From an uncultured Clostridia bacterium (GTDB taxonomy: Bacteria > Bacillota > Clostridia > Christensenellales > CAG-917), in NCBI GenBank assembly GCA_947624885.1, contig CANQMD010000001.1, forward strand, positions 1-51,469: DNA of 51,469 bases. The letters are read 5' to 3'. A program made the position numbers and the translations under genes. A model generated the notes under the pieces. It was not told where the DNA came from. It saw nothing but the letters and a program-made list of their open reading frames with translations, and ran no database searches. Below, piece after piece: positions 17,493-27,500 of this stretch; position 1 is the stretch's first letter, and the number at the start of each line of letters is the position of its first letter.

Positions 17493-18266
17493 TCAAATTT
17501 TCACTCCAAACAGCGGCAGCACCGTCACCACAATTCCCAGCAAAAGCGTGTATGCGGCAAACGGCAACAGCGAGTGTTTTTTGACAAGTTTCAAAAACAA
17601 GGTTATTGCCGCAAGCCCCGTGAAAAACGCCGCCGCTACGCCCACAAGCATGGGCAGCCAACCCACGTCCATCGCCGCTCCGCCTTGCGCAATCTGAACG
17701 CCCTCCAACAGCGCGGAGCCGACGATCACAGGCACGGACAGCAAAAACGAAAAGTCCGCCGCCTCGCTTCTGTCCACCCCGCACAAAGTCATTGCAGACA
17801 TCGTCGCGCCGCTTCTTGACACTCCGGGCAAAACGGCGATACCTTGCAAAACGCCTGTTAAAACGCTTATTTTGGGTGTAAGAAGTGTAGATTTTGTCAT
17901 TTTGAGCCTCTCGCCCGCATAAAGCAGACATGCCGTCAACACAAATCCAAATCCCAGCAATCTGCCCTCCAACAGCGACGGAAACGCAAACTTAAACACC
18001 GCCGCCAATATCACCGTAGGGATGGTCGCAAGCAGAATATTTCCCGTCAATTTGCAAAAGGGTCGCTTCATCAATTCCCACACCCGCTTGCGCGTCGCGA
18101 TGAGCACCGCGACAAGCGTCCCCACGTGCACCGCGATATTAAACGTCAAACTTTGACTGCCCACGCCCAATTTTTCCAACAGCAACAGATGCCCTGAGGA
18201 CGATATCGGCAAAAATTCGCTCGCCCCCTGCGCCACACCGAGAATCAACGCTTCCCACCAAGTCAT
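17493..18266 (-). CDS. uppP: Undecaprenyl-diphosphate phosphatase
   Basis: 257 aa. N-terminal signature LGVAQGASEFLPISSSGHLLL and later PGVSRSGATM, both characteristic of BacA/UppP. Confidence 0.92.
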   Translation of the reverse strand: MTWWEALILGVAQGASEFLPISSSGHLLLLEKLGVGSQSLTFNIAVHVGTLVAVLIATRKRVWELMKRPFCKLTGNILLATIPTVILAAVFKFAFPSLLEGRLLGFGFVLTACLLYAGERLKMTKSTLLTPKISVLTGVLQGIAVLPGVSRSGATMSAMTLCGVDRSEAADFSFLLSVPVIVGSALLEGVQIAQGGAAMDVGWLPMLVGVAAAFFTGLAAITLFLKLVKKHSLLPFAAYTLLLGIVVTVLPLFGVKI

Positions 18267-18293
18267 ATTCGTTCCGAAAGCGAAATTTTCCGC

Positions 18294-18322
18294 TTTACTA
18301 TTCTCCCCGATTTGATTATAAT
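18294..18322 (+). promoter_or_regulatory. Candidate sigma-A promoter for ychF
   Basis: TTTACT (18294-18299), 17 nt, TATAAT (18317-18322). Confidence 0.45.
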
Positions 18323-18383
18323 ACTTATAGATATTCTCGAAGTAGCGCTTTTAGACCGCGCGGTCAAAAGCAAAGGAGTTTTT

Positions 18384-19466
18384 ATGAAGCTGGGAGTTGT
18401 CGGATTGCCCAACGTCGGCAAAAGCACGCTCTTCAACGCGATCACCAAGGCGGGGGCGCAGGCCGCCAACTATCCGTTTTGCACCATCGAGCCAAACGTA
18501 GGCGTAGTTGCCGTTCCCGACGAAAGGTTGGAAAAACTCGCCGCCCTCTACGACAGCAAAAAGATCACCCCAACATTTTTGGAGTTTGTGGACATCGCGG
18601 GACTTGTCAAAGGCGCAAGCAAAGGCGAGGGATTGGGCAACAAATTTTTGTCGCACATCCGCGAGGTGGACGCGATAGTGCACGTGGTGCGCTGTTTCGA
18701 CGATGAAAATATAACGCACGTTGACGGCTCCGTAAACCCCGCTCGCGACATCGAAACCATTGATCTCGAACTCATTTTTGCGGATCTTGAAACCCTCGAC
18801 CGCCGCATGACAAAGGCGCTCAGCATGGTCAAAGCGGACAAAAAATATCAAGAGGACATCGATCGTCTTAACATCATGAAAAAATGCCTCGAAAACGGCA
18901 AGCGTCTGAGTTCGCTGTCCGTAGACGACGACTTCAAGGCGTTCATTGACGCGCAATTTTTGCTCACGTCAAAACCTGTGATCTACGTCGCCAACACCGA
19001 CGAGGACGGCGTGAACGGCAACGCGTATTCCGCCGAAGTCGAGCGCCTCGCCTCCGCGGAGGGCAGCGAAGCCATCACCCTGTGCGCAAAACTCGAGGAG
19101 GATCTCTCCTCCCTTGCCGACGACGAGCGCGAACTGTTCATGGCGGAGTACGGCCTCGCACAGAGCGGCCTCGACAGGCTTGTCAAAGCGTCCTACAAAT
19201 TGCTCGGCCTCATCAGCTATCTCACCGCTGGCGAAAAGGAAACCCGCGCGTGGACGATCGTCAAAGGCACCAAAGCGCCGCAAGCCGCTGGCAAGATCCA
19301 CAGCGACTTCGAGCGAGGCTTCATCCGCGCCGAGATCGTCGACTACCCCACCCTGCTCGAATGCGGCTCCTTCAACGCCGCCAAGGAGCGCGGCAAAGTC
19401 CGCAGCGAGGGCAAGGACTACGTCATGCAGGACGGCGACGTCGTCCTCTTCCGCATAAATGTGTAA
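18384..19466 (+). CDS. ychF: Redox-regulated ribosome-binding ATPase YchF
   Basis: Start at MKLGVVGLPNVGKSTLFNA (P-loop), with AAAGGAG upstream. NYPFCTIEPNVG is present, and the C-terminal TGS-like end reads GKDYVMQDGDVVLFR. 360 aa. Confidence 0.95.
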   Translation: MKLGVVGLPNVGKSTLFNAITKAGAQAANYPFCTIEPNVGVVAVPDERLEKLAALYDSKKITPTFLEFVDIAGLVKGASKGEGLGNKFLSHIREVDAIVHVVRCFDDENITHVDGSVNPARDIETIDLELIFADLETLDRRMTKALSMVKADKKYQEDIDRLNIMKKCLENGKRLSSLSVDDDFKAFIDAQFLLTSKPVIYVANTDEDGVNGNAYSAEVERLASAEGSEAITLCAKLEEDLSSLADDERELFMAEYGLAQSGLDRLVKASYKLLGLISYLTAGEKETRAWTIVKGTKAPQAAGKIHSDFERGFIRAEIVDYPTLLECGSFNAAKERGKVRSEGKDYVMQDGDVVLFRINV

Positions 19467-19838
19467 CCGCCGTTTCATCCGCCGCCCGCCAAGATTCCTA
19501 CCTGTTTCCCTCCGCTCCTATGAAAGCCTGCGCTCCTCCTCGCCGCGCCTCTACGCTATTTTCAGCCTTTTTCCTTATGTGAGCCTTAAAACGCAGTGAA
19601 TATGCCCCATGCTTTCAGTTTTTCCCCTGTACGCCAATGCTCTGCCTCGCTCCAACCGGTTTTCAGTTCCCGTCCGTTTCTATTTGTTCCTCCCCTCCGC
19701 ACCGCTTCGCAATTGTCCTCCTCCTTCCGCCCCTACGCTAGCTTAAAACTCACCGAATATGATCTCGCTCCGCCCCGCCCTTTCATACCCAATCTCCCGC
19801 CTCAAACTTTTATTTTTGCAATATATTTTGCAAGTTGC

Positions 19839-19867
19839 TTGTCAAACTCAAAATGATAATGTATAAT
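19839..19867 (+). promoter_or_regulatory. Candidate sigma-A promoter for tRNA-Arg
   Basis: TTGTCA (19839-19844), 17 nt, TATAAT (19862-19867) preceded by TG. The mature tRNA 5' end lies 18 nt downstream. Confidence 0.6.
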
Positions 19868-19884
19868 CAAAACCGACTCAAAAT

Positions 19885-19961
19885 GTTTCCGTAGCTCAGT
19901 AGGATAGAGCGTCCGCCTCCTAAGCGGAAGGTCGTGGGTTCGAATCCCGCCGGGAACGCCA
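19885..19961 (+). tRNA. tRNA-Arg (anticodon CCU), CCA encoded
   Basis: Hand-folded cloverleaf. Acceptor GUUUCCG/CGGGAAC, D arm UAGCUCAGUAGGAUAGAGC, anticodon stem UCCGC/GCGGA with loop CU-CCU-AA, T arm GUGGG-UUCGAAU-CCCGC, discriminator G, then CCA. Confidence 0.92.
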
Positions 19962-19964
19962 CAA

Positions 19965-19990
19965 AAATCCTACCAACAAGTAGGGTTTTT
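19965..19990 (+). terminator. Intrinsic terminator after tRNA-Arg
   Basis: AAATCCTAC-caacaa-GTAGGGTTTTT: the core stem CCTAC/GTAGG is extended by A:T pairs, followed by a T run. Confidence 0.7.
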
Positions 19991-20102
19991 GCATTTTAAA
20001 AGCTAATGTACATAACACGTATCGTGTTTTGTATTAAATTGGTATTATTTTCTAAAAATTTGTAAATTTACAGATCTAATATTTGCAGACTTTTGCTTTG
20101 CT

Positions 20103-20480
20103 CAAAAAAGATCAACGCTACCATCGCAAAGAGAGAACAAAGAAAAATATGGTGGTGATTTTTACGCATGGCACGAACAAGGTTTACCTTCGCCCGTTAT
20201 ATCGGAACAATTCGGACCGGAAAGGACTGTCTTGATACTCCCGTTGGAAAAAGTGGCGATAAAAAGCGGCGATAAATCCGATACCGCAAAAACCGCCATG
20301 CACAAAGAACAAATTATTAAATACATGACCGACCATGCCACAGTAAGAAGTTCGGAAATAGCGACGCTTCTTGGAATAACCGTTTCCCGTGTTAAGGTGT
20401 TGCTTGCCGATTTGCAAAGCGACGGTATCATAATGGCTGAAGGAGCAAACCGCAACAGAGTATACAGGCTGAAGTATTAA
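20103..20480 (+). pseudogene. 3' remnant of an AlbA_2/RecG-C-terminal-type putative transcriptional regulator (ATP-binding protein with C-terminal winged helix)
   Basis: The frame is open from ~20016 but has no credible start or N-terminal domains. The translation ..KEKYGGDFYAWHEQGLPSPVISEQFGPERTVLILPL..KSGDKSDTAKTAMHKEQIIKYMTDHATVRSSEIATLLGITVSRVKVLLADLQSDGIIMAEGANRNRVYRLKY matches the usual C-terminal ~110 aa of that family. It is embedded in visibly AT-rich DNA. Confidence 0.45.
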
Positions 20481-20937
20481 TGTGTCTTTTTATAAATGCT
20501 TCCCGCAAATTTTCAACCGGCGTATGAAAAATTTTTTGCATTGCTGTCTTGGTCGCATTTCGCGACTCATCTTGAGATTAAGATGAACGCGCACGATTAT
20601 GATATGTCGACAGTCTATCTGACTTTTTTTTCGATTGCAATATCCGGCTTGCATTTACGCAGTTCTATGGACGATTATCATGTTTTGTTTGGCAAACTGC
20701 TTACAATATGTTTTCAACAGAAAGCGCGCTTTACAATGTGTAAATTGACATTTAAAGTTGCGATTTGTGAAATGTAGCGATGTTTTTCTACCCCGCGCGT
20801 TAAAAACAAAATACACAACATTCTGCCTCGCATGAAAACTTCGGCGGGAAACGTTTGGGCGCAATTTCATATCGCGGGAAGGTTTGTCCGAGGATATTTT
20901 ACACAAAAAAGAAAAACTGCGTGATTTTTCGATTTGT

Positions 20938-20966
20938 TTGACAACAGCAGTATATATCAGTATAAT
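20938..20966 (+). promoter_or_regulatory. Consensus sigma-A promoter for the C11 protease (copy 2) / membrane protein genes
   Basis: Perfect TTGACA (20938-20943), 17 nt, TATAAT (20961-20966). It lies ~70 nt upstream of the start at 21036. Confidence 0.65.
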
Positions 20967-21035
20967 ATGCGTATATAGTATGGCATTGACTTCGCGCGTA
21001 AAATCTGCGAGCGCCCGCACGCACGGTGGAGAGAT

Positions 21036-23069
21036 GTGATGAAAAATTTGACAAAAAAAGCGCCGCTCATATTTATGATCCTGCTGCTTGTTGCGATATG
21101 TTTTGTTGGGTGTTCCAAAAAGCCCTCCGCCCCTGCCGGACCTATGGGGGAAAAGGGCACGTGGGGCATATTTGTTTATCTTTGCGGCTCAAATCTCGAA
21201 ACAAAGACCGGAGCGGCGGGCAAGAACATCGACGAACTGCTATCCTCGGAAATCCCCGACAACGTCAATGTGATCCTGCAGACCGGCGGGGCGGCGAGGT
21301 GGCGTTCGCACTACATACCGAGCGACGGCGTTTGCCGTTTCAAGATATCCGACGGAAATTTGTCGCAGCTTGAAAAGTTGCCGCAGTCCAATATGGGCGC
21401 GGAAAAGACGTTTGAGGAGTTTTTGACATATTGCGTAAAAAACTACCCTGCCGAAAAGATGTGCGCGATAGTCTGGGATCACGGCGGAGGCAGTCTTGGC
21501 GGCGTTGCAAACGACGAAAACTACGATTTTGACGCGCTCTCTCTTGCCGAGATGGACGAAGCGATCCAAAATGTTAGCAAGCAGATGACGGACAAATTCG
21601 AGTTGTTCGGGTTTGACGCGTGCCTGATGGCGAACTACGAAACCGCCGACATGCTTTCGCCTTACGCGCGTTACATGCTCGCGTCCGAGGAGATCGAGCC
21701 GTCAGGCGGATGGGATTACGGCGCGTTGATAGACTCGATAGCAGGCGACAAAAACATTTCCGGAGGGGATCTGTGCAAGGAGGTTGCGGACGCATATTTC
21801 AACAAGTGCCGCAACAGCGACAAGGATGCGACGGCAACGTTGTCCGCACTTGACCTTTCAAAGTTCGGTGCGCTCAGGCAAGCGTTTGGAGCAGTAGCGC
21901 AAAGCATGAAAGAGGACGCGGTTTCCGCAAAAGGCATACAACAAATTGCACAAAGCGCCAAACTTTCGCAAAAATACGGCGGCACCACGGATATTGAGGG
22001 CTACAGCAACCTCATAGACTTGGGCCATTTTGCAGAAAACTTCACGGCTTGCGAGGAGGCGCAAGGCTTGGTCGCCGCAATAAACGACGCTGTGATATGC
22101 AACGTTTTCGGCAAGGAAAAGAGCCAATCCCGCGGGTTGTCGTTTTTTTATCCTCTGCATTACGACGCAAAACAGTTGCAACAATATTTCGACGGAGTTT
22201 GCCCATCTGAAACCTATGAGGAATATCTTGACTTTGTGTACACAAACATTCCAACTGACCCAATCAAATTCTCCGACAAAGGCAGCAAGCGAGAGGACGG
22301 CTCGTTTGGGATAAAGTTGGATCCATCATCCATTGACTACGTTCTGTCATACGACTTCGATCTTGTGGAATTCGCTCTGCTTGACAAAGGCGAAAATCTT
22401 GAATATATCGATCTTGCCTACTCTCGCTTTGGGCGCGACAACGACTTATTGGGCTCGTGGGCGGATCTGGACTGTCACAGCAATTTCCGCGGCATATGGA
22501 TCACGCTGAACGGATGCAAACTGTTTGTGACTCCGATAGAAACCACGGCGGAATATGTCATTTACACAGCGCCCATCATTTTGAACGGCAAAAGAACAAA
22601 CCTGCGATTCGCCTACATTTGGGACGAAGCGTTCGAGATGGGCGGGTATTACAAGATACTTGGCGCATGGAACGGTATAGACCCTGTCACGGGCATGTCC
22701 GACAAGGAACTCACACTGCTCAAATCCACGGACTCAATCCAAGTGGAATATCCCTACCTCATGGTGCACTATTACGATGAGGGCGACGGTTTTGAGGTCG
22801 GCGATGTCGTCCCGTCGCAGCGCACGGTAGACGTCCCCGTCGGCACAAACGGCTACGAGGTCTATGAGGACCCGCTTGAAAACAATGTGTACGTGTATCA
22901 ATTTGTGGTCACGGACATTTTCGGTGTGGAGCACTACTCCAACGCTGCGATAATGCAGATGAACAAAACATACGATGAACTCAAAGCCAATCCCCTCCCT
23001 GACGGGGTGTATGCGGCGGACGTCTTTGGCATTATGGAAATGGACGGCGAATCCATCATGGTGGCGTGA
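21036..23069 (+). CDS. Clostripain-like cysteine protease (peptidase family C11), lipoprotein, with long C-terminal extension (copy 2)
   Basis: 677 aa (GTG at 21036, or ATG at 21039), with GGTGGAGAG RBS. Lipobox CFVG-C26. Dyad contexts IVWDH149GGG (codon 21480-21482) and FGFDAC196LMA (codon 21621-21623), plus YMLASEEIEPSGGWD. Colinear with 459-2459 over its full length; about half the catalytic-domain positions look identical by eye. Confidence 0.85.
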   Translation: MMKNLTKKAPLIFMILLLVAICFVGCSKKPSAPAGPMGEKGTWGIFVYLCGSNLETKTGAAGKNIDELLSSEIPDNVNVILQTGGAARWRSHYIPSDGVCRFKISDGNLSQLEKLPQSNMGAEKTFEEFLTYCVKNYPAEKMCAIVWDHGGGSLGGVANDENYDFDALSLAEMDEAIQNVSKQMTDKFELFGFDACLMANYETADMLSPYARYMLASEEIEPSGGWDYGALIDSIAGDKNISGGDLCKEVADAYFNKCRNSDKDATATLSALDLSKFGALRQAFGAVAQSMKEDAVSAKGIQQIAQSAKLSQKYGGTTDIEGYSNLIDLGHFAENFTACEEAQGLVAAINDAVICNVFGKEKSQSRGLSFFYPLHYDAKQLQQYFDGVCPSETYEEYLDFVYTNIPTDPIKFSDKGSKREDGSFGIKLDPSSIDYVLSYDFDLVEFALLDKGENLEYIDLAYSRFGRDNDLLGSWADLDCHSNFRGIWITLNGCKLFVTPIETTAEYVIYTAPIILNGKRTNLRFAYIWDEAFEMGGYYKILGAWNGIDPVTGMSDKELTLLKSTDSIQVEYPYLMVHYYDEGDGFEVGDVVPSQRTVDVPVGTNGYEVYEDPLENNVYVYQFVVTDIFGVEHYSNAAIMQMNKTYDELKANPLPDGVYAADVFGIMEMDGESIMVA

Positions 23070-23121
23070 GCGCCCATCTATGCAACAAAAGAGGACATGA
23101 AACATTGAAAGCGAGGACAAA

Positions 23122-24351
23122 ATGACCCTGAACGAAGGCATGCTTTACGGCAAGCGACAAAGTTTCGTCTTTTTGAGATATGTCGCGATGTTTTTCTTCA
23201 CCTTGACGTTGATCGCGTCCTACTTTGTAATCGTCAACGCGCTTACGCAAGCCACAAAGTTGTTGAATTCTTTGACGTCCGTAGATATGCTTGGCATACT
23301 TCAAGCGCTCACGTCCTTCAAATTGGAGGGGCAATTCGGCGTGTTTATCGAAACGTTGCGCAATCTGAGCGCCGTTGTCATTCCGCTGTATTTTGTCGCC
23401 ACAGTGACGTTCGTGTTCAACCTCAATCACGGCAAGATGGGCAGCACCATTCGCCGCGTGGCGATCATCGCGTTTTTGATGTTCATCGCGGAACTGCTGA
23501 TATATACGGTGATCGTTGGCATGGTGACATTGCTGGTGCAGGAACTTTTCAATTGGATATCCTCCAAATACACCGACATCACCGAGGCGGTCTACGAAAT
23601 TCTTGTGGCGATCAACATCGATCCCGACATCCTCCCCACGGGAAGCGTTGCGGAGATGATCGCGGGGGCGCGGACGCTGGTCACCGACAAATTGGTGGTA
23701 ATGCTTTTGAAAAACATCCCCTCTTTCAACATCTATTTGGATCAATTGCTTTGCTTGTTGATGTGTTTCTTTTTCTGCACACGTCCCAAGTGGGTCAACA
23801 ACAAGTTCAAACTGTTCGTCTTCCGTTCGCTCGGTCTTTTGCCTATAGCGTACGTGATCGCTACGTTTGTGCTCAACGGACTGACGCGGTCGGGCGAAAT
23901 GCCTCCAAAAATACTCATTCTGTGCCTATTCCCGTCAAAAGCGCTGCCCCACTACGTATTTATATTCAGCATTCTGGTTGCCTTCCGCCGTCACAGGAGG
24001 AGGCCGTTGCCATACGACGGACCATGCAAGTTCTCGCCCGACGGCAAAAAATGGCTCCGCCCCACCACGCTCATCTACGAAACCGCCGACGAAGCCGCCT
24101 CCAGAGCGCTTGACACCGCGACTTATCTCAGCATATGGTTGCTCTTCCTTGCTGGCGTGGATTTCTTCCTCGGATCGCTTTCGTTCGCGTCAAATTGGGG
24201 CTTCGGCAAGTCCTATTACGCGCTGTTCGCGATCCCCTTCCTGTTCTTCTTCGACGCAAACAAACCCGTCCTCAAAAAGGAGTACAACGGCTTCTCGCTT
24301 ATGTACATGTTTGTGATATTCATGATCGTGCTAGTATATCTGTTTGTCTGA
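23122..24351 (+). CDS. Polytopic membrane protein, unknown function
   Basis: 409 aa with at least 8 hydrophobic segments. A basic loop AFRRHRRRPLPYDGPCKFSPDGKKW separates two helix bundles. It starts 52 nt after the C11 gene. I recognised no family. Confidence 0.72.
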   Translation: MTLNEGMLYGKRQSFVFLRYVAMFFFTLTLIASYFVIVNALTQATKLLNSLTSVDMLGILQALTSFKLEGQFGVFIETLRNLSAVVIPLYFVATVTFVFNLNHGKMGSTIRRVAIIAFLMFIAELLIYTVIVGMVTLLVQELFNWISSKYTDITEAVYEILVAINIDPDILPTGSVAEMIAGARTLVTDKLVVMLLKNIPSFNIYLDQLLCLLMCFFFCTRPKWVNNKFKLFVFRSLGLLPIAYVIATFVLNGLTRSGEMPPKILILCLFPSKALPHYVFIFSILVAFRRHRRRPLPYDGPCKFSPDGKKWLRPTTLIYETADEAASRALDTATYLSIWLLFLAGVDFFLGSLSFASNWGFGKSYYALFAIPFLFFFDANKPVLKKEYNGFSLMYMFVIFMIVLVYLFV

Positions 24352-24381
24352 GATATCTTCCCCCACTCTTGAAGTTGCGCG

Positions 24382-24418
24382 ACCGTCGCCGCTGTCGGAA
24401 CAACCGTCGCCGCTGTCG
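24382..24418. repeat. Perfect 16-nt direct repeat x2 (ACCGTCGCCGCTGTCG), period 21 nt
   Basis: Copies at 24382-24397 and 24403-24418. They lie in the convergent intergenic region between the stop at 24351 and the terminator at 24444. Confidence 0.85.
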
Positions 24419-24443
24419 AAGCGGAGTCGGAACTCTCATATGC

Positions 24444-24471
24444 AAAACGCTCCCGCACAGGAGCGTTTTTT
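24444..24471. terminator. Bidirectional intrinsic terminator between convergent genes
   Basis: AAAACGCTCC-cgcaca-GGAGCGTTTT(TT): a 10-bp stem flanked by an A run and a T run, so it can function on both strands. Confidence 0.75.
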
Positions 24472-24525
24472 GCGCCTCATACGGCGCGTGATTTTAAACG
24501 ATCGATCCGCTTTGCGGACAGCGCG

Positions 24526-27500
24526 TCAGGCGGGATCCTCTTCGCTCGGTTTGGGCAGCTTGCGCTTTTTGCGGAGTTTCAGCGCGACCGCCAATGCCAC
24601 GCCTGCCAGCGTGACGGTGCTCGCGGGGATCGCCACCGCCATTGCGACGGTTTCCTCAAAGCCTATCGGGCGCGGATCCACGACGGTCATTGTTATGATC
24701 AGATCGTCGTTTGTGCCGTCCTCCCATGTGTAGTTTGCTTTGTCCTTGATCGCCACGGTCACGTTGTAACTCCCCTCCTTTTTGACGGAGAGTTTCCCTT
24801 CCTTGACGTCGCCGCCGGAGAGCACGTATTTCTCGTCGTCGTAGCCTGCGATGTCAAATGTTTTGTTTTTGCCGTGCATCTCCGACGAAAATTGTTGCGA
24901 GTTCAGCTTGGCGAGTTTGGCTTTTGCCACGTTGTAGGTTTGCGAAGCGGTGGTCATGACATAGTTGTTTGCATAGACAGTATCAAGCAACTGCACGCTG
25001 ACGGAGTAGCTGCCTGCGCCCACGGGCAGAGCATCCCCTCCGTTGTACCTGACGACGTAATCCTCTCCCGCGATCAAAAAGTCATCGCCCGACAGCCCGC
25101 CGAATATGATATTTGCAGCTTTTTCTTCGCCGTCGTACACGCCTTCGCCCGTCGCCTCAAACGTCAGCGCCGCGCGTGCGATCTCAATGGTCAGCGTGAT
25201 GGGATCTTCGCTTCCGTCCGCCCATTGATAGTCGTCGACATCCGCAATGGAGATCACAACCGAGTACGTCCCCGCATTTTCGCCGTTGATCCTATCTCCC
25301 AAAAAGTCCTCGATGTCCGCGGTCATAGTTGCGTAATCAAATCCGCTTATCCTCGCAAATTGGATCTTCCCGTTGTAGGTGAGGTCCACGCTTTCGACAG
25401 TGGGTTTTTCAAGCGATTTTTTGGTGATGGAGTAAGTCTTTTCCTGCGTGGTCATTTCGTAGTTGTTTGCAAGTTTGGTATTTAAAAGTTCCGCTTTGAC
25501 TCTGTAAACCCCGACTTTTGTCGGATCAGCGTCCAAACCGTTGAACTTCAGCTTAAAGTCCACTCTATTCACCAGCACGTCGCGCGACTGCCCGTTGATC
25601 GCGTTTAAGATGTCGTAGCCGTTGGGGTCGTAGCTTTCGCCCGCCGTCAACTCAAAGTCCAGCGCCGCCTTGGATATGGCGATCGCAAAGCTGACGTCGT
25701 CGTTTGAGCCGTCCGTCCACTCGTAGTTGTTTTTGTCCGCAATTGCGAGTTTCAGTTCGTAGCCGCCGTCCCTGAAGTTTTTCGCCCCGAATCTTCCCGA
25801 AAACGTGCCGAACGACGCGCCGTCGGTGATGGTCGCGCTCATAAATTCGGCAACAAATCCTTCGATCTGCATCGACTGAATTTCGCCGTTGTACACAAAC
25901 GACTGCGAGGACTGCGGCGCGCTAGGTCTTTGCAGTTTCGCCTTTGCGACGGTATAATTTTTCGCGCCGTCGCAGGTATAATTCTTTGCGAGTTCGGATC
26001 GCGTCAGTTCCACCGTCACTTCATATGTCTTCGCCGCGACGGGCAGATCGTCCGTCCCGTCAAACTTGACCTGATAATCCTTTCCTCTGATCAGTACGTC
26101 GTTGTTTTCGCCCCTCAAAGTAGGCAACAGCAAAAACTCTCTTCCGTTGAAAACGTCGCCTTGCGGCACCTCAAAATCCAGCGCGGCGGCAGCTATATTC
26201 AGCTTAAACTCCGAGTCCTCATCCTTGCCGTCCTTCCATTTGAAGTTGACCGTATCTGTTATTGAGATCGACAGCGAATGTTCTCCGACGTTCATTGCGG
26301 AAAACAGCCCGCCCTCAAACGAAGCGCCCGCTGAGGTCATCGCCGCCATATGCTCGGCGACAAAGTCGCTTATTTTCAAACTCTGCTCCGCTCCGTTGTA
26401 TGGCAGCGTCGCGCGTCCGCTCGCCGTGGGCCTCTGCAGTTCCGCCTTTGCGACGGTATAATTTTTCGCGCCGCCGCAGACGTAATTGTTTGCGAGTTCG
26501 GATCGCGTCAGTTCCACCGTCACCTCGTATGTGTTTGCGGCAAGGGGCAGATCGCTCTTTCCGTCGTATTTGACGGCGTAATCTCTGCCTCTGACCAATA
26601 TATCGTTGCCTTTTCCGGGCAGCGTCGCAAACAGGTCGAACGCATTGCCCGTATACATGTCGTTTTGCGGCGTTTCAAACTCCAGCGTAGCGGGCGTGAT
26701 ATTCAGCGTAAAACTCACGCTGTCGCTATTGCCGTCCTTCCACTCGTAGTTTTTGGCGTTAGAGAGGGATATCGTCAATTTGTAGCCGCCGTCCTTGACG
26801 TTCTTTGCGGAAAACAGTCCCGACAGCGCGTTGAACACGCCTCCCGTGACTTCCGCCCTCATGAGATCGGCGACAAAACCGCCCACGTTGATCGACCTAT
26901 CGCCGCCGTTGTACTCCAACGTCACGTTTTCAGACTCGGCGCTGGGTTTTTCAAGTTGCGCCTTCCCGATGACAAATTGTTGCGTGGCGGGGATGTTGTA
27001 GTTTTTCGCAAGCGCGGACGCAGGCGCAAACTGAATTTCCACCTCGTATGTCCCCGCGTCCTGCGGCAAGATATCTTGACCGTCGTACTTCACAAAGTAG
27101 TCCACGCCCCTGATCAACACGTCGTCACCCTCTCCATTTATGGTGGCAAACAGCGCGACTTCCCTGCCGTTGTAGATCGTCCCTTGCGGAACGGCAAGGT
27201 CGATGTCCGCCTTTTGCACCTCAAAGTCTTTGCTTGCGTTCTCTTTTATCTTGTAGTTGACGGCGAGGTCGGAATCCAAAAGTTCCACCGTGACCTTATA
27301 CGTCTTCGCCGCGATCGGAAGGTCGTCCGTCCCGTCAAACTTGACGGCGTAGTCCCTATCCTTCGACAGATGTTCGTCGTTTTGCAGCCCCGCAAACGTC
27401 ACGTCCACATCAAACGCGGCGCTCGCATAGGGTCGTTTGTCGCTGCCGTCAATCTCAAACGTCAGTTCGCGTTTGCCCACCTCAAAAGCAGGTCTGCCGT

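Noticed and set aside
20496-21020. 93-aa (+) and 121-aa (-) ORFs in the AT-rich region
   Set aside because: They have no RBS and AT-rich junk composition, and they overlap each other and the consensus promoter at 20938-20966.
24526-24700. LPXTG sortase signal at the C-terminus of the giant protein
   Set aside because: The C-terminus reads ..GFEETVAMAVAIPASTVTLAGVALAVALKLRKKRKLPKPSEEDPA. It has a TM helix plus a basic tail, but no LPXTG-like pentapeptide precedes it.
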